Below are positions 1-12,975 of a stretch of DNA of 64,000 nucleotides, piece by piece; the first letter of the stretch is position 1, and each line of letters begins with the position of its first letter. Source of the DNA: Squalus acanthias. Lineage: Eukaryota. A model generated the notes under the pieces. The model made no database searches and was not told where the DNA came from. It saw only the letters and a program-made list of their open reading frames with translations. The stretch covers positions 174,284,001 to 174,348,000 of the forward strand of contig CM059425.1 in the NCBI GenBank assembly GCA_030390025.1, in the 5' to 3' direction. The position numbers were made by a program, and so were the translations under genes.

Positions 1-555
1 AGCGGGATAGGTCCTTGGGCCGTAGATGGTCTTGACTGCGCTAAAGAATCCACGCATGTCATGGTTGTTGGCTAGTTGCTGGATCTCCTGCGCTCTTTCC
101 ACCCACCATCTGTTCTTTAGGTCACGAGTTTTTTGTTGGACCTCGGCCTTCAGTTGTCTGTAAATCTGCCTTCTTTCCCTCGAGTTGTGATGATGTTTCC
201 AATTCAAGAACGCCTTATGTTTACGATTTATTAGCTCCTGGATCTCCTGGTCGTTCTCATCAAACCAGTCTTGATGTTTTCTGGTAGAGTAACCAAGAGT
301 CTCTTTGCAGATGCTAATTATGGTAGACTTAAGGGCAGACCAGGCATTATGGACACTCTGCGGCTCCGGTTCATTGGGAGTCGTCAGGTTAGCTGTGAGG
401 CGTTGACTGAATAGGGCTTTCTTTGCAGGGTCATTGAGTCCTTCAACGTTGATTTTTCTGCGGCAGCGTTTCTGTTGCTGCCGCCATTTTGAGGCTAGGT
501 TGATGGAGATAACAGAACGGATTAGATGGTGGTCAGTCCAGCAGTCGTCAGCCCG
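1..555 (-). mobile_element. RTE-clade LINE fragment (end of AP endonuclease and linker)
   Basis: Minus-strand translation reads ...GADDCWTDHHLIRS...RKHQDWFDENDQEIQELI...DMRGFFSAVKTIYGP, typical of RTE ORF2; runs off the window start. Confidence 0.85.
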
Positions 556-3500
556 TCAAGTGCCCTGTACACCCACATCCAAGTCATTAATATATATCAA
601 GAAAAGTAGTGGTCCTAGAACCGATCCCTGGGGAACACCACTGTATACCTTCCTCCAGTCCGAAAAACAACCGTTCACCACTACTCTCTGTTTCCTGTCA
701 CTTAGCCAATTTCGTATCCATGCTGCCACTGTCCCTTTTATTCCATGGGCTTCAACTTTGCTGGCAAGCCTATTATGTGGCACTTTGTCGAACGCCTTTT
801 GGAAATCCATGTACACCACATCAACCACATTGCCCTCATCAACCCTCTCTGCTACCTCATCAAAAAACACAATCAAGTTGGTTAAACACAATTTGCCTTT
901 AACAAATCCGTGCTGACTTTCCTTAATTAATCCACACTTGTCCAAGTGACTGTTAATATTATCCCTGATTATTGTTTCTAAAAGCTTCCACTACCTGAGG
1001 TTAAACTGACTGGCCTGTAGTTTCTGGGTTTATCTTTACACCCTTTTTTGAACAAGGGTGTAACATTTGCAATTCTCCAGTCCTCTGGCACCACCCCCAT
1101 TTCTAAGGAGGATTGGAAGATTATGGCCAGTACCTCCGCGATTTCTTCCTTCACTTCCCTAAATGTCCTAGGATGCATCCCATCTGGTCCTGGTGACTTA
1201 TCTACTTTAAGTACAGCCAGCCTATCTAGTACCTCCTCTTTATCAATTTCTATCCCATCCAGTATCTCCTCTACCTCCTCCTTCACTATGTCTATGGCAG
1301 CATCTTCTTCCTCGGTGAAGACAGATGCAAAGTACTCATTTAGCACCTCAGCCATACCCTCTGCCTCCATGCGTAGGTCTCCTTTTTGGTCCCTAAATGG
1401 CCCCACCCTGCCTCTTACTACCCTTTTACTATTTATATGCCTATAGAAGACTTTTGGATTACCTTTTATGTTAGCTGCCATTCTATTCTCATACCCTCTC
1501 TTTGCCCCTCTTATTTTCTTTTTCACTTCCCCTCTGAACTTTCTATATTTAGCCTGATTCTCAGATGTATTCTTGACCTGACATCTGTCATACGTGCTCT
1601 TTTTCTGCTTCATCTTACTCTCTACCTCTTTCGTCATCGAGGGAGCTCTGACTTTAGTTGCCCTACCTTTCCCCCTAGTGGGAATGTACCTCAACTGTAC
1701 CCGAACTATATCCTCTTTAAAGGCAGCCCATTGTTCTGTTACAGTTTTGCCTGCCAATCTTTGATTCCAATTTACCCGGGCCAGATCTGTTCTCATCCCA
1801 CTGAAATTGGCCTTCCTCCAATTAAGTATTTTTACTCTAGATTGCTCCCTGTCCTTTTCCATAGCTAATCTAAACGTTATGATACTATGATCACTGTTCC
1901 CTAAATGTTTACCTACTGACACTTGCTCCACTTGACATACCTCATTCCCCAGAACCAGATCCAGCAATGCCTCCTTCCTCGTTGGGCCGGAAACATACTG
2001 ATCAAGAAAGTTCTCCTGAACACACTTGACAAATTCTTCCCCCGCTCTGCCCTTTACACTATTACTATCCCAGTCTATATTAGGATAGTTGAAGTCCCCC
2101 ATTATCGCTACTCTATAGTTCTTGCATCTCTCTGTAATTTCTCTGCAAATTTGCACCTCCATATTTTTCCCACTAGTTGGTGGCCTATAGAATACACCCA
2201 GTAGTGTAATGGCACCTCTATTATTTCTTAACTCTAGCCATATAGATTCTGTCCTTGACCCCTCCAGGACATCCTCCCTCTCCAGCACTGTAACATTCTC
2301 CTTAACCAATACTGCCACACCACCTCCTATCTTTCCTTCCCATTCTTTCCTGAACACCTTGGGCCAGAAATTCGGCTCTCCGGCTTCCCGCGGGTGCAAG
2401 GATCACCCTACCGCACCTGCCGTTGTGCTTCGGGCCTGCGTGGACTTCGGCTCCTGGGCCTCCTGCAGCTGCCGGTGTGCAGTGCTTGCGTATCCCAGGG
2501 GCGCAGTTAGTTCGAAGCGTCCCCTGGGATCACGTGGGCCATGGAGAGCCAATCGGAGCAGGGAATCTCCATTCATAGATTTTGACAGGAAGACCTGTCA
2601 AATCTATGAATAGAGATCGGCCCCAAAACCTCACTTAAACTTCAAATACATTTTTTTTTAAAATCACATTTTTAAAATAACTAAATTACCATAAATTAAC
2701 TACTTTAAACAAAAATTAAAATTTTTGAAAAAATTAATTACACTTTTTAACAGTGCTAAAAATAAACTTCCCTTTCTTTAAAGTATGTAAAAAAGATAAA
2801 CCTGTTGAAAAAATGTTTAAATTCTACTTAATTCACCACTTACCTTGTTAAAAGCAGGCCTTGCACCTCTTTTTTTCCTGCGCAGCTTCTCCATACTTAC
2901 CCTCATGGAGAAACCTGAAAAAAAAAACGAAGTTCGCTGCGTGCGCGCTGCCTCTCCGGCGCACGCGGTTGACCCTCGAACCCCTTCTTTCACGAGACCG
3001 GAAGTTCCGGTTTCCCGTGCATGCGCAGTGCATGCGCGAAACCGGCACTTCCGGTGGCCCTATGGGTGAGTACACAGCGCGTACTCACCCGTGGAGACCC
3101 GAATTTCTGCCCCCTTATATCCAGGAATATTTAATACCCAATCCTGCCCTTTTTTGAGCCAGGTCTCCGTTATTGCCACGACATCATATTCCCATGTGGC
3201 TATTTGCGCCTACAGCTCACCAACCTTGTTTACTATGCTTCGTGCGTTCACATACATACACTGTAAACCTATCTTAGACCATCCTGTGTTCTCTCTTAGT
3301 CTGACCCCACCTAATACCTTACTATTTCTTACTTTAGTGCTATCCGTCTCTCCCAATCCTTTGAGCACTTTATTTCCCCTTTCTAATGTTACAGCCTGGT
3401 GCCCATCCCCCTGCCAACTTAGTTTAAACCCTCCCCAACAAAACTAGCAAACCTCCCCGCGAGGATATTGGTACTGGCTCTGTTGAGGTGCAGCCCGTCT

Positions 3501-3647
3501 GGCCTGTACAGGTCCCACCTCCCCCAGAACCAGCTCCAATGCCCCAGGTATCTGAAGCCCTCCCTCCTGCACCATCTCTCCAGCCACGCATTCATCTGCT
3601 CTATCCTCCTATTTCTATACTCACTCACGCGTGGCACCGGGAGTAAT
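556..3647 (-). mobile_element. CR1 LINE, degraded (ORF1 esterase C-term, APE, RT N-term), interrupted by a MITE
   Basis: ORFs 556-945 ([21 protein letters not shown]), 978-2399 (GDFNYP, LDLVL, SDH, KSPGPDG) and 3419-3664 (DGLHLN SGNH-esterase motif). Confidence 0.93.
2361..3113. mobile_element. Non-autonomous PIF/Harbinger-type MITE, family A
   Basis: TIR GGGCCAGAAATTCGG...CCGAATTTCTGCCCC; 3-bp TSD CTT; removing it rejoins the CR1 sequence; near-identical copy at 37053-37806. Confidence 0.9.
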
Positions 3648-3649
3648 AA

Positions 3650-6600
3650 CGGGAACAGTAGCATAGTGGTTATGTTACTGGACTAAAGATCCAGAGACGT
3701 GAGTTCAAATCCCACCACGGCAGCTGTGGAATTTAAATTCAGTTATTTAAATAAATCTGGAATAAAAAGCTAGTATATCAATAATGGTGTCGTAAAAACC
3801 CATCTGGTTCACTAATGTCCTTTAGGGAAGGAAATCTTCTGTCCAGACCCACAGCAATGTGGTTGACTCTTAACTGCCTGAGCAACTGAGCAAGCCACTC
3901 AGTTGTAACAAACCGCTACGAAACACAATAATAATAATAATAATAATAAAACCAGACCACTCGGCACCGGCTATTGACAAGACAACGGCACACCCAGCCC
4001 AGTCGACCCTGCAAAGTCCTCCTCACCATCATTGGGAGAGCTGTCCCACAGACTAGTCAAGCAACAGACTGACATAGTCATACTCACGGAATCATACCTT
4101 CAGCCAATGTCCCAAACTCCTCCATCACCATCCCTGGGTATGTCGTGTCCCACCGGCAGGACAGACCCACCAGGGGTGGCGGCACAGTGGTATACAGTCG
4201 GAAAGGAGTGGCCCTGGGAGTCCTCAATATTGACTCCGGACCCCATGAAGTCTCATGGCTTCAGGTCAAGGGCAAGGAAACCTCCTGCTGATTACCACCT
4301 TTCGCCCTCCCTCAGCTGATGAATCAGTACTCCTCCATGTTGAACACCACTTGGAAGAAGCACTGAGAGGAGCAAGGGCACAGAATGTACTCTGGGTGGG
4401 GGACTTCAATGTCCATCACCAAGAGTGGCTTGGTAGCACCACAGCTGGCCGAGTCCTGAAGGACATAGCTGCCAGTCTGGGCCTGTGACAGGTGGTGAGA
4501 GAACCAACACGAGTGGAAAAACCTACTTGACCTCGTCCTCACGAATCTACCTGTCGCAGATGCATCTGTCCATGACAGTATTGGTAGCAGTGACCACCGC
4601 AAAGTCATTGTGGAGACTAAGTCCCATCTTCACACTGAGGACACCCTCCATCGTGTTGTGTGGCACTACCACCGTGCTAAATGGGACAGATCTAGCAGCT
4701 CAAAACTGGGCATCCATGAGGCGCTGTGGGACATCAGCAGCAGCAGAATTGTATTCCACCATAATCTGTAACCTCATGGCCTGACATATCCCTCACTCTA
4801 CCATTACCATCAAGTCAGGGGACCAACCCTGGTTCAATAAGGAGTGTAGAAGAGCATGCCAGGAGCAGCACCAGGCGTACCTATAAATGAGGTGCCAACC
4901 TGGGGAAGCTGCAACACAGGACTACATGCATGCTAAAAAGCAGAAGCAGCATGCTATAGACAGAGCTAAGAGATCCCACAATCAACGGCTCAGATCAAAG
5001 CTCTGCAGTCCTGCCACATCCAGTCGTGAATGGTGGTGGACCATTAAACAACTAATGGGAGGAGGAGGCTCCAAGGATATCACCATCCTCAATGATGGTG
5101 GAGCCCAGCACGTGTGTGCAGAAGACAAGGCTGAAGCATTTGCAACCATCTTCAGCCAGAAGTGCCGAGTGGGTGATCCATATCGGCCTCCTCCTGAGGT
5201 CCCCACCATTACAGAAGCCAATCTTCAGCCAATTCGATTCACTCCAAGTGATATCATGAAACAGCTGAGCGCACTGGATACAGCAAAGGCTATGGGTCCC
5301 GGCTGTCGTGCTGAAGACTTGTGCTTCAGAACTAGCTGCGCCTCTAACCAAGCTGTTCCAGTACAGCTACAACACTGGCATCTATCTAACAATGTGGAAA
5401 ACTGCCCAGGTATGTCCTGTCCACAAAAGGCAGGACAAATCCAATCCGGCCAATTACCGCCCCATCAGTCTACTCTCAATCATCAGCAAAGTGATGGAAG
5501 GTGTCGTCGACAGGGCTATTAAGCGGCACTTACTCACCAATAACCTGCTCACTGATGCCCAGTTTGGGTTCCACCAAGACCACTCGGCTCCTGTCCAAAC
5601 ATGGACAAAGGAGCTGAATTCCAGAGGTGAGGTGAGAGTGACTGCCCTTGACATCAAGGTAGCATTTTCTTCAAGAAAGGTGACAAGTCCGATTGCGGTA
5701 ATTACAGAGGAGTCTCCCTGCTGTCTGCCACAGGGAAAGTCATCGCAAGAATCCTCCTCAATCGCCTTCTCCCAGTGGCTGAAGAGCTCCTCCCAGAGTC
5801 ACAATACGGATTCCGCCCACTAAGGGGCACAATGGACATGATCAGCTACAAGAAAAATGCAGGGAACAGCACCAACCGCTGTACATGGCCTTCTTTGACC
5901 TCACAAAGGCCTTCGACACCGTCAACCGTGAGGGATTATGGAGTGTCCTCCTCAAATTTGGCTGCCCTCAAGTTTGTCACCATCCTCCGCCTGCTTCACG
6001 ACGACATGCAAGCCATGATCCTGACCAACGGATCCACCACAGACCCAATTGACGTACGGACCGGGGTCAAGCAAGGCTGTGTCATCATACCAACGCTCTT
6101 CTCGATCTTACTGGCTGCAGTGCTCCCTCTCACCCTCAGTAAGCTCCCCGCTGGAGTGGAGCTAATCTACAGAACAAATGCGAAACTGTTCAACCTCCAT
6201 CGCCTCCAGTCCAGATCCAAGGTCATCCCATCCTCTGTCATCGAATTACAGTATGCAGACGACGCTTGCGTCTGCGCACACTCTGAGGTCGAAGTCCAAA
6301 CCATCGTCAGCACCTTCACTGAAGCGTACGAGAGCATGGGCCTTACACTAAACATCCGTAAGACAAAGGTCCTCTACCAACCTGCCCCTGCCACACAGTA
6401 CTGCCCCCCGATTATCAAAATCCATGATGAGGCCTTCGACAACGTGGACCATTTTCCATACCTCGGGAGCCTACAGTCAACAAGGGCAGACGTCGATGAC
6501 AAAGTCCAACACCGCCTTCAGTGTGCCAGTGCAGCCTTCGGTTGCCTGAGGAAGGGAGTGTTTGAAGACCAGGACCTCAAACCTAGCACCAGGCTCATGG

Positions 6601-7655
6601 TCTACACAGCAGAAGTAATACCCGCCCTCCTGTATGCTTCAGAGACATGGACCATGTACAGCAGGCACCTCAAAGCACTGGAGAGGTACCACCAACGCTG
6701 CCTCCGCAAGATCCTGCAAATCCATTGGCAGGATAGGCGCAGCAACATCAGTGTTCTCGCTCAGGCCAACATCCCTAGCATTGAAGCTTTGACCATGCTC
6801 GATCAGCTCCGATGGATGGGCCACATCGTCCGCATGTCCGATACGAGACTCCCAAAGCAAGCGCTCTACTCGGAGCTCCGACACGGCAAGAGAGCCCCAG
6901 GTGGGCAGAGGAAACGCTTCAAGAACACCCTCAAAGCCTCCTTGAAGAAGTGCAACATCCCCACCGACACCTGGGAATCCCTGGCCCAAGACCGCACAAA
7001 GTGGAGGAGAAGCATCCGGGAAGGCGCCGAACACCTCGAGTCTCTTCGCCGGGAGCAAGCGAAGCCAAGTGCAAGCAGCGGAAGGAGCGCACGTCAACCC
7101 AAGCACCCCACCCACCCGCACCTTCAACCACCGTCTGCCCCACCTGTGACAGAGACTGTAGGTCCCGCATTGGACTCATCAGGCACCTGAGAACTCATTT
7201 TTAGTGTGGAAGCAAGTCATCCTCGGTTCCGAGGGACTGCCTAAGAAGAAGAAGATTTGACCGAGTGTGGCATCAAGGAGCCCTAGTAAAACTGAAGTCA
7301 ATGAGAATTGGGGGGGAAAACTCTCCACTGGCTGGAGTTATACCTAGCACAAAGGAAGATGGTTGTGGTGGTTGGAGGTCAATCGTCACAGCCCCAGGAC
7401 ATCCCTGCAGGAGTTCCTTAGGGCAGTGTCCTAGGCCCAACCATCTTCAGCTGCTTCATCAATGACCTTCCCTCCAACATAAGGTCAGAAATGGGGATGT
7501 TAGCTGATGACTGCACAGTGTTCAGTACCATTCACAACTCCTCAGATAATGAAGCAGTCCATGCCCGCATGCAACAAGACCTGGATGGCGTCCAGGCTTG
7601 GGCTGATAAGTGGCAGGTACCATTTGCACCACCCAAATGCCAGGCAATGACTATC
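3650..7655 (+). mobile_element. CR1/L2-group LINE with tRNA-like 5' head, frameshifted APE-RT, interrupted by an RTE LINE
   Basis: B-box-like GTTCAAATCC near 3703. APE motifs DIVILTES, GDFNVHH, SDH. RT motifs NYRPISLLS, ALDIK(V)AF|DRVW (split by the RTE insert) and LADD. Confidence 0.88.
5668..7254 (+). mobile_element. 5'-truncated RTE-clade LINE (RT, C-terminal CCHH finger, (AAG)n tail)
   Basis: ORF 5775-7190 with GVKQGC, LQYADD, FPYLGS; CPTC...H..TH finger in an alternate frame; AAGAAGAAG tail; ATTT duplicated at both ends. Confidence 0.92.
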
Positions 7656-8095
7656 TATTTGTTATTTTTTTTAATTTGTTTTATGGGATGTGGATGTCGC
7701 TGGCAAGGCCAGCATTTATTGCCTATCCCTAATTACCCTCGAGGAGGTGGTGGTGAGCCGCCTTCTTGAACCGCTGCAGTCCGTGTGGTGAAGGTACTCC
7801 CACAGTGCTGTTCGGTAGAGAATTCCAGGATTTTGACCCAGCGACGGTGAAGGATCGGCGATATACTTCTAAGTCAGGATGGTGCGTGACTTGGAGGGGA
7901 ACTTGGAGGTGGTGGTGTTCCCATGCGCCTGCTACCCTTGTCCTTCTAGGTGGAAGAGGTCACGGGTTTGGGAGGTGCTGCCGAAGAAGCCTTGGCGAGT
8001 TGCTGCAGTGCATCTTGTAGATGGTACACACTGCAGCCACGTGGTGGAGGGAGTGAATGTTTAAGGTGGTGGATGGGGTGCCAATCAAGTGGGCT
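7656..8095 (-). mobile_element. 3' end of the same LINE family as 3650-7655, in opposite orientation
   Basis: Matches 61565-61770 (minus LINE 3' region); A-rich tail on the minus strand at about 7660-7685. Confidence 0.75.
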
Positions 8096-8096
8096 A

Positions 8097-8820
8097 TCGG
8101 TACCATCAACCTATGTTGTTTGTACCGATTTGGACCACGACTTCTGGCTGTTCACCCTCCCCCCTCAGAATGTTCTGCAGCCGCTCGGTGACATCCTTAA
8201 CCCTGGCACCAGGAAGGCAACATACCATCCTGGAGTCATGTCTGTGGCTGCAGAAACACCTGTCTGCTCCCCTAACTATCGAATCCCCTACCACTGTTGC
8301 TTTCTCTATCTTCCTCCTCCATCCGCCCCTCCCCTCCCCACCCCCCAAACCAGCTGAGCCACCTGTGGTGCCGTGGACTTGGCTCTGTCTGTACTCCCCA
8401 CAGGAACCATTGCCCTCACCAATACTCAGAATAGAATACTGGTTGGAGAGTGAGATGCACTCAGGGGACTCCTGCACTACCTGGCTGGTCCTCCTCCTTC
8501 TGTCTGGCGGTCACCCATTCCCTCCCTGCCTGCACACTCCTTAGCTGCGGGGTGACCACCTCCTTAAACCTGCTATCCACGTAGCTCTCAGCCTCGCGGA
8601 TGCACCGCAGTGACGCCAGCTGCTGCTCAAGCTCTGAAACCCAGCGCTCGAGCTCCTCCAGCTGACAACACTTTCTGCACAAATGGTTGTCCAGAACATG
8701 GGAAGTGTCCTGGATTTCCCACATGGCACAGGATGCACATTCCGCGGGACTGAGCTGCCCTGCCCCACCATGCCTTTATTTATTCGACTATTAACTAACT
8801 TTACAGAAACTTAATACTAA
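8097..8820 (-). mobile_element. CR1 ORF1 fragment (zinc finger/coiled coil + SGNH esterase)
   Basis: CRKC...LE heptads, VVGDSIVRG, CLPGARV, IGTN motifs. Confidence 0.88.
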
Positions 8821-9400
8821 GATGTACCTAATTCAAATTATCATATTTGACCCTGAAATGAGCTTCCGGCCACATATCCGTGGCATAACTAAGACCGCCT
8901 ATTTCCACCTCCGTAACATTGCCCGTCTCCGCCCTTGCCTCAGCTCATCTGCTGCTGAAACCCTCATCCATGCCTTTGTTACCTCTAGACTTGACTATTC
9001 CAACGCACTCCTGGCTGGCCTCCCACATTCTACCCTACCTAAACTTGAGGTCATCCAAATCTCGGCTGCCCATGTCCTAACTCGCACTAAGTCCCGTTCA
9101 CCCATCACCCCTGTGCTCGCTGACCTACACTGGCTCCAGGTTAGGCAACGCCTTGATTTCAAAATTCTCATCCTGGTTTTCAAATCCCTCCATGGCCTTG
9201 CCCCTCCCTATCTCTGTAATCTCCTTCAGTCCCACAACCCCCCCCCCCACCCCCTCCCGAGATATCTGCGCTCCTCAAATTCTGCCCTCTTGAGCATCCC
9301 TGGTTATAATCGCTCAACCATCGGTGGCCGTGCCTTCAGCTGCCTAGGCTCTAAGCTCTGGAACTCCCTCTCTAAACTTCTCCGCCTCTCTATCCTCCTT

Positions 9401-10232
9401 TAAGAACATAAGAAATAGGAGCAGGAATAGGCCACTTGGCCCCTCGAGCCTGCTCCGCCATTCAATAAGATCATGGCTGATCTTGGGCTCAAAGCCATTT
9501 CCCTCCCCGCTCCCCATAAACCTTCACTCCCTTCTCTTGCAAAAATCTGTCTATCTCCACCATAAATGTATTTAATGACCCAGCCAACACGGCTCTCTGG
9601 GGCAGAGAATTCCACAGATTTACAACCCTCCGAGACAAGAAATTCCTCCTCATCTCAGTTCTAAAAGGGCGACCCTTTATTCTGAAACTATGCCCCCGAG
9701 TTCTAGATTTCCTCACGAGGGGAAACATCCTCTCTGCATCTACCTTGTCGAGCCCCCTCAGTATCTTATATGTTTCAATAAGATCACCTCTCATTCTTCT
9801 AAATTCCAATGAGTATAGGCCCAACCTGCTCAACCTTTCTTCATAAGTCAACCCCCTCATCTCTGGAATTAATCTAGTGAATCGTCTCTGAACTGCTTCC
9901 AATGCAAGTATATCCTTCCTTAAATAAGGAGACCAAAACTGTACACAGTACTCAAGGTGTAGTCTCACCAATACCCTGTACAGTTGTAGCAGGACTTCCC
10001 TGCTTTTATACTCCAACCCCCTTGCAATAAAGGCCAACATTCCATTTGCCTTTTTGATTACTTGCTGTACCTGCAAGCTAACTTTTTGTGTTTCATGCAC
10101 AAGGACCCCCAGGTCCCTCTGAACTGTAGCATTTTGTAATCTCCCTCCATTTAAATAATAATTTGCTTTTAATTTTTTTTGCCAAAGTGGATAACCTCGC
10201 ACTTTCCGACATTATACTCCATCTGACAAATG
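9401..10232 (-). mobile_element. 5'-truncated CR1 LINE 3' end
   Basis: RDLGV, LEYCVQFWSP, RGDLIE motifs; CR1 3' UTR and short-repeat tail; TTTAAGA duplicated at the ends; very similar to 63081-63768. Confidence 0.92.
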
Positions 10233-10264
10233 TTTAAGACGCTCCTTAAAACCGCCGTTTGACC

Positions 10265-10860
10265 AAGCTGCAGTTGTACAGGGCCTTGGTGAGACCACAC
10301 CTTGAGTACTGTGTGCAGTTTTGGTCGCCTTATCTGAGGAAGGATGTTCTTGCCATGGAGGGAGTTCAGCAAAGATTCACAAGGCTGATACCTAGGATGG
10401 CAGGAATGACATATGAGGAGAGATTGGGTCGATTGGGCTTATACTCGCTGGAGTATAGAAGAATGAGAGGGGATCTCATTGAAACATATAAAATTCTGAC
10501 AGGTCTGGACAAACTAGATGCAGGAAGAATGTTCCCGATGGTCGGAGAGTCCAGAACCAGGGGTCATAATCTAAGGATAAGGGGTAAGCCATTTAGGACA
10601 GAAATGTGGAGGAATTTCTTCACCCAGAGAGTGGTGAACCTGTGGAATTCTCTACCACAAAAGGTAGTTGAGGCCAAGTCATTAAATATATTCAAGAATG
10701 AGTTAGATATATTTCTTAAAGCTAAAGGTATCAAGGGATATGGGGAGAAGGCAGGTACAGGGTACTGAGTTTGGATGATCAGTCATGATCTCATCGAATG
10801 GCGGAGCAGGCTCGAGGGGCCGAATGGCCTACTCCTGCTCCTATCTTCTATGTTTCTATG
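10265..10860 (+). mobile_element. 5'-truncated CR1 LINE 3' end
   Basis: ORF 10259-10768 (RPHLEYCVQFWSP), followed by 3' UTR and TTCTATG tail. Confidence 0.92.
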
Positions 10861-11039
10861 TCATCTGCCCTAATTTCTTATGTGGCTCGGTGTCAATTTT
10901 TTGTCTTATAACACTCCTGTGAAGTGCCTTGGGATGTTTTACTACATTAAAGGCGCTATATAAATACAAGTTGCTGTTGTTGTTGTTGTTATTAATATAA
11001 TATATTAACAGTTACTAATTTAGTATAGTATTAACAGTT

Positions 11040-11345
11040 ACTAATCTCCAAGCTCCTGCTTTATCCCATACCAGCTATTTAACCCCGGGCCCTAACTTGA
11101 AGAGCCCCTCTCCGACCACGCTCTTTAACAGAACTTAGCAGAAATAAACTTAAAACTTTAAAAAAAAAACACTCATCAGCTACTCACCAATCAGCTCCTT
11201 CCCTTGTGCTGATGTCACTTTAGGTTTTTTACTCTGACGTCACTCTTTCAAATTCTGCCTGTGTTGAGTTGCTCTGCTCTCGCTGCACTCTTTTATCCCA
11301 CTCAGCTCTTGCTCCGCTTCCCGCTCAGGTCCGCTCCTTCCCTGT
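11040..11345 (-). mobile_element. Probable CR1 5' UTR belonging to the ORF1 at 8097-8820
   Basis: Lies upstream of ORF1 once the L2 insert is removed; carries CCAAT, TGATGTCAC and TGACGTCA motifs; resembles the CR1 5' UTR at about 20100-20200. Confidence 0.5.
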
Positions 11346-12687
11346 TCCATTTCTGGCAGGAATCCTGCAAATAAGGAAAATCCAGGCCTAATAGTCCATT
11401 AAGTGTAAATTATTTTTTATTCCCTTTTTTAATGCACTGGCAGGTCCATGCAACTTTAATCAGTGCACTTTCTCTGAGGATGGATGTGCTACAACTAATG
11501 GACAATTGAGGAGCCAATGCACCTACAGTAATGAAGCAAAGCCACTTATTAGGCTGCTAATAATGCACTTAATGTGCTCAATCTCAAAAGTTGTCTAATT
11601 CTCTTGAGAAGTGCTCATTGGAAATCCAATGTAGACAGAAGCATTGTAGTAGCTCACGTCAGCAATAAAATCATTCTACTTTTTGCTTTTAAAAATAGAA
11701 GCTTGTGTTGAAATAGTTATCTGTGAGCACACTGCATGCTGTTGTTTTCTTGTGGCTTATCACCATCAAAATATTTATCAAATATACTCCTATCTCATGT
11801 TTTTCTTCATGCTCTTTTGTGTTTCATGCTGAATAATGCCTCTTTGTTTCTCTATGCCTGCCCATGCAATCCCATCCAGAACCCAGCAAAGGACCAAATA
11901 GAAAATGACACTGCCACAAGCACAACTCTTCAGCATCTACTGGACTCTGTAGAAGAACACAAGCCAGGGGGAGTTGGAGAGCCTGGTTCACTTTGACATC
12001 ATCTGTGACATTAAATTGTTCAATGAAACAGGGGAGCTTCCTTAACAGGTCCTCACAATTGTATGTAGCTGAGCTGGGTGCACAAAGCACAGACCTTGAT
12101 TGATAATAAATGACAGTACTGAGGAATGGAAGACACATGGGTAGTAAGCTTCCCCATTCTGAAGAGTGATGATTCAAAAAAACAAGTTAGTCACATCTTC
12201 CAAACTTGAAGTGAGTATCATGTACTGAGTAGAAACTGATAGACATGAAATGGGAGATATAAAAGAAGAATAAATGAAAGAGACAAAGAGGTATGGAAAA
12301 AGAGAAGACTAAGACAGAGGTAGGGAAAGAGAAATACATTGCAAATTGTGCAGGGCATGCTGACCTCCATATCTGAATTCTGATAAGCATTCCATTTACA
12401 CAAGTGGCATTTCATAAACTCTGCTGCTATATTGAAACCTATGGTTCTTTGTTGGTACACGATTTCATTTTGGACTCTTGAGCTTTAAAGGTTCATTACT
12501 CCTGATATGCAATGACTCACGGAACAGATAAAATAATTTTTTTAATTATGAGGATATAATATAAAGGGGTAAAATTTTGTTGTCTTCACATGGACAATAA
12601 TCTGGCGGAGTGGATTGCCCATCATTATGGAACCTATTCAATTCTCATTGCATTGAAATCAATGTAAAGAAAATCAATGTAATGAAC

Positions 12688-12975
12688 AGACTGAGGGAAT
12701 GCTGCATTATCGGAGGTGCCGTCTTTCGAATGAGACGTTAAACCGAGGCCCCGTCTGCCCTCTCAGGTGTCCTGGCCAATGTTTAGCCCTCATGCAACAT
12801 CACTAAAGAAAACGCACGTTATCGAATCATTTATCTCATGGCTGTTTGTGGGACCTTGCTGTGCACAAATTGGCGGCTGCATTTCCCTACATTACATCAG
12901 TGACTACACTTCAAAAGTACTTGATTGGCTTTAAAGCACTTTGGGACATCTATAAATGCAAGTCCTTTCCTTTCC
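12688..12975 (+). mobile_element. Deu-core SINE (SacSINE1/AmnSINE-like) with L2-type tail
   Basis: GGAGGTGCCGTCTTTCG.ATGAGACGTTAAACCGAGGCCCC core; homologous to 56255-56655. Confidence 0.8.

Larger units (their letters stand above)
8835..10990 (+). mobile_element. L2 LINE 3' end split by two CR1 insertions; (TTG)n tail
   Basis: ORF 8822-9403 (HAFVTSRLDYSN, ITPVLADLHWL); L2 3' UTR resumes at about 10233 and 10861; tail ...ATACAAGTTGCTGTTGTTG. Confidence 0.88.

Noticed and set aside
434..2204. Plus-strand ORFs of 90-160 aa
   Set aside because: Antisense shadows of the CR1 reading frame; they recur opposite every CR1 copy.
2845..3157. Short ORFs repeated in MITE copies (MLKAGLAP..., MLVKAGLTP...)
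   Set aside because: GC-rich palindromic repeat sequence; frames are not conserved between copies.
3660..3720. tRNA gene
   Set aside because: Only A/B-box-like remnants; no full cloverleaf; part of a retroelement head.
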